NCBI GenBank assembly: GCA_029856155.1
Contig: JAHQWL010000098.1
Coordinates: forward strand, 15,921 to 79,920
Direction of reading: 5' to 3'
Source: Promethearchaeia archaeon
GTDB lineage: Archaea > Asgardarchaeota > Lokiarchaeia > Sigyniarchaeales > SOKP01
Length of the DNA: 64,000 bases
Shown: positions 62,201 to 64,000 of the stretch, one piece after another
Layout of the letters: each line of letters starts with the position of its first letter
Numbering within the stretch: position 1 is the first letter of the stretch
Position numbers and translations under genes: made by a program
Notes under the pieces: generated by a model
What the model saw: the letters and a program-made list of their open reading frames with translations, nothing else
Database searches by the model: none
What the model was told of the DNA's origin: nothing

Positions 62201-63780
62201 TCACCCGCAGAAAAAATACTTGAATTTAATCGAATTGAAAATATTCCTGATCCTTGAAACTCCATTGAATCTTCAAACACGGTAGGATTACCAAATGCTG
62301 TACTTTTAACAGCGCATGTTATTGTCGTACCAATATTAGTATCATTATTCCAAACAACGCCTGCGTTATCGGAATATTCAAAATTAATAGAATAGGTCAT
62401 GTTTTGTCCCCAAGTTACCGACGTATCTGCAATTAGACTTCCGTTCTGAAACCTAGTTATATAATCTTGGTAGTTTAAATTTAACTCAAAAACCAGTGAA
62501 GATGCTTGATATAACGTATAATTATAATAGCTAGAAAGTGAAGCCTCATTAAACCACTGATCTGAATAGTTAACTCTGAATGTACGTTGTTCAGTTACAA
62601 TCCATAAGGTAAAATTGTAAGTAATTTCTCTTTTGTACCAAAAGCCTAAATTATTATTTATTAATCCATATGCATCACCATTATCATCAGTTTTCAGGCT
62701 TATTACATGTTCACCTGTTCCATTTATCTCAGCTCTAACTGTTATTCCTTCAACTGGTATAGTTGCAGTGTTATCTATAACTCGTACGCTCAATTTAGAC
62801 ATATTTGTTTTTACGTATTGAGTATAAGCATAACTTAAAGATACTTCCATTATACCATTACATTGGGTAGCATTTACTCCATCAATTTCTAATTTCAAAC
62901 CAAATACTTCATATGTTTCCTCTTCTCCAGGGTGATATATAAAAGTGTCGCTACTTGCTAGGCCTGTATAATCCCTTAATTCCTTAAATGTGTGGCCTGT
63001 ATCATCTATATAAAAAATTCTCACTTGGGATAAGTTATCCATATTTGATAAACTAACACTAGCATCAATTGCAGTAATATTACCAGGATTACCATAATTA
63101 GAACCTTCAAGATAAGTATCAACATTAACAGAATATGTTGGTGCTCCTGCCGGGTCAACATTGGTCATATTCACCCAATAAGTAGTTTTAACACTTTCCC
63201 GACTTATTATACTCGAGTTTAAAGGAGTGGGATTTTCTATGACATAATCTAGATTATCATAGTATATTGTATAATTATAGCTAGAGCGATTTAACCATCG
63301 AAATGTTGCTTTTCCTGCAGAATCTAGAGGGAGACTCTCTACTACCTCACTAGTGCCAGCACTGATATTTATATATCCATAATTTAATGGATCTCCATCC
63401 CAATCATCTACTTCAAAATCGATTGTCCAGAGATCAGAATACAAGATAGTAGTGAACATTAATCCTTTAAAATTCACTTCTCCATCGATCTCATCTCTAC
63501 TATCATATACTATTGCTTCACCAGAACTTATAGTATAATTAACTGTAATATTATAAAATCCAAATGGAACTCTTGTAAATGAAACAGTCCCATCTGATAA
63601 AGTATAGTCTGTATAAGTAGTACTATCTACCTCTAAAATATGTGTTGCGTTTTTCCATAGAGAAACTTCTGCTCCTGGAACTCTTCGACCATCAACATCT
63701 TTAACAATGATAGTAACCGCCGCAGCTCGTTCAGTAACGGGCAATAAGTCTGTTTCAATGGTATAATAATTTGCTAACCA
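59287..63780 (-). CDS. giant surface protein with repeated beta-rich (Ig-like) domains, C-terminal TM and charged tail; 5'-truncated
   Basis: Thr/Asn/Tyr-rich repeats, many NxS/T sequons, TM FYFLMIVGAIVAITGSLV; frame stays open to ~63780, where foreign sequence begins; no signal peptide. Confidence 0.8.
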   Translation of the reverse strand, partial: WLANYYTIETDLLPVTERAAAVTIIVKDVDGRRVPGAEVSLWKNATHILEVDSTTYTDYTLSDGTVSFTRVPFGFYNITVNYTISSGEAIVYDSRDEIDGEVNFKGLMFTTILYSDLWTIDFEVDDWDGDPLNYGYINISAGTSEVVESLPLDSAGKATFRWLNRSSYNYTIYYDNLDYVIENPTPLNSSIISRESVKTTYWVNMTNVDPAGAPTYSVNVDTYLEGSNYGNPGNITAIDASVSLSNMDNLSQVRIFYIDDTGHTFKELRDYTGLASSDTFIYHPGEEETYEVFGLKLEIDGVNATQCNGIMEVSLSYAYTQYVKTNMSKLSVRVIDNTATIPVEGITVRAEINGTGEHVISLKTDDNGDAYGLINNNLGFWYKREITYNFTLWIVTEQRTFRVNYSDQWFNEASLSSYYNYTLYQASSLVFELNLNYQDYITRFQNGSLIADTSVTWGQNMTYSINFEYSDNAGVVWNNDTNIGTTITCAVKSTAFGNPTVFEDSMEFQGSGIFSIRLNSSIFSAGDYGKSYFVIISGKKLYYYQPPDQSFSIFISPLTTSMSLHNYSSILDEIPTNTISQYYNELINVTVRYYDTSTSNSLTAELVTYDWDYGSGSIDQDPMNPGYYTFELSTSLAPIVGIYKIDITASLENHTKIDDFEITLTILLRSTEINGTNNVIFLSEHIYALETEVFEFNYTDVLTTTRISNPDEMSYNWQKLEDGAPIPGENKIGSLIETGDHRYILDLDTEKMELGDYFVFITLDKLNYELRSAVISLTIEDRPTSSNSTDIFEINIGVSLNLTYFYSDDLTSTSITNLDTQIYSYNGSEASGGDSLGYDPIREVYYLKNFDTATLPDGSYTITVTLDKENYTSQVVETSLVIIYVVTDYITNLTLIYKNPSNFTTDIYWRDYVTINFTFTIKNPFLTVPELGHPTSIYLQFLDESFNAIGSSINLITNNYSKGKYSYNFSTSEFSFIGGESYHIRIYASKTTPTLYTPPDPLPIPFRVKTVLTDLTIHNYTTGDEFPSYTLTEYWNEILNITCYFGELVSSAPITNAEVTYSWAFGSGQINPDTTKGPGYYSFSFDTGNVTEIGTYTINILAVKQNFSVGIPSPSLIINIINRLTLLEGNGDVLYLSKKLYVLDSYNWSFEFTDFLTSTIIENANEKSYILHKLDENGDPIPGSTITGTLHETAGHQYILDLDTETLQAGEYSIVVTLNKDNYDFRVAIISLTINKREFYPLFSVGTIIHLASGGTVQFKITLTDPNNSSVPVIGAYLTLTIRGIVYTTSNNFIIDNHDGTYTVNTFPIAEPFFMPETFIATLIIEKANFTSETRDFTVVVSIAEIFPGVPTFYFLMIVGAIVAITGSLVSYRLIQQRRIPTFVKKAKSMKKDIKGNKMISESLLYPTKEEYIVKMLGDKWEDIGLSLRDVMGLEAKKKKLSIVKEEKPKKLLKKKEEKLSEPEEEKEEKLYEQEEENEENLYESEEDSDDPNGGDV
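59320..59411. repeat. ~3 imperfect 33-bp tandem repeats encoding the acidic tail
   Basis: TTCTTCTGATTCGTAGAGATTCTCTTCATTCTC-like units. Confidence 0.7.
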
Positions 63781-64000
63781 CCCGATTTCATCAGGACTGA
63801 CTAGAAACTAGATCGTGCCGATTTCATCGGCACTGACTAGAAACTGGAAAAGGCAACAAAAGCACTCGCCACCGTCTTTCTGCGGCGTTTCCAGTTTCTG
63901 GTCTCTAGCCCGGTCAGCCCGACGCGTCGGGCTGACCGGGCTAGTTTCTAGGCTGAGCGTTCTCGTTTCCAAGATGAACCGCATTGTCAAAGAGCAGCTA
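63781..64000. repeat. GC-rich foreign segment with direct repeats and a perfect 40-bp palindrome
   Basis: 28-bp near-direct repeats at 63782-63809 and 63818-63845; palindrome 63905-63944; boxA-like TGCTCTTTGACAA on minus strand at 63984-63996. Confidence 0.75.

Noticed and set aside
506-62821. Many short antisense or overlapping ORFs in the track (e.g. 506-736, 9722-10090, 18982-19491, 20032-20580)
   Set aside because: Shadows of well-supported genes with no motifs
63782-63845. Possible CRISPR array
   Set aside because: Only two 28-bp copies with an 8-nt gap and no cas genes in the window
63808-63990. 60-aa ORF at the right end
   Set aside because: Runs through palindromic repeats; no protein-like features

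Overview
AT-rich archaeal DNA that looks like Asgard archaea (Lokiarchaeia-like). This is inferred from Sec-encoding hdrA/vhuD(mvhD) followed by a eukaryote-type SECIS candidate, gelsolin-like and longin-like proteins, an expanded HEAT+LRR family and an archaeal ATP-dependent ligase. Most of the window is housekeeping and metabolic genes. The main finding is a candidate 30-nt bulge-helix-bulge-type intron (41106-41135) inside the AMP phosphorylase gene. It carries an in-frame TAG, sits in the DKHST|GGVPG motif, and canonical endonuclease cut positions restore that motif exactly. A tRNA-His gene in the same window (3090-3222, minus) has two non-canonical introns, each also 30 nt, one with identical 1+9+5+9+4+2 geometry. 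This suggests tRNA-type splicing of an mRNA in this lineage. Other points: four UGA(Sec) codons in an hdrA-vhuD pair with one visible SECIS, a corrinoid/Hcy-methyltransferase/non-Pyl MttB operon, a RuBisCO-like protein, several gene remnants, and a GC-rich, bacterial-looking palindromic segment at the right end that truncates a giant surface-protein gene. All family calls come from motif recognition by eye; no searches were run.
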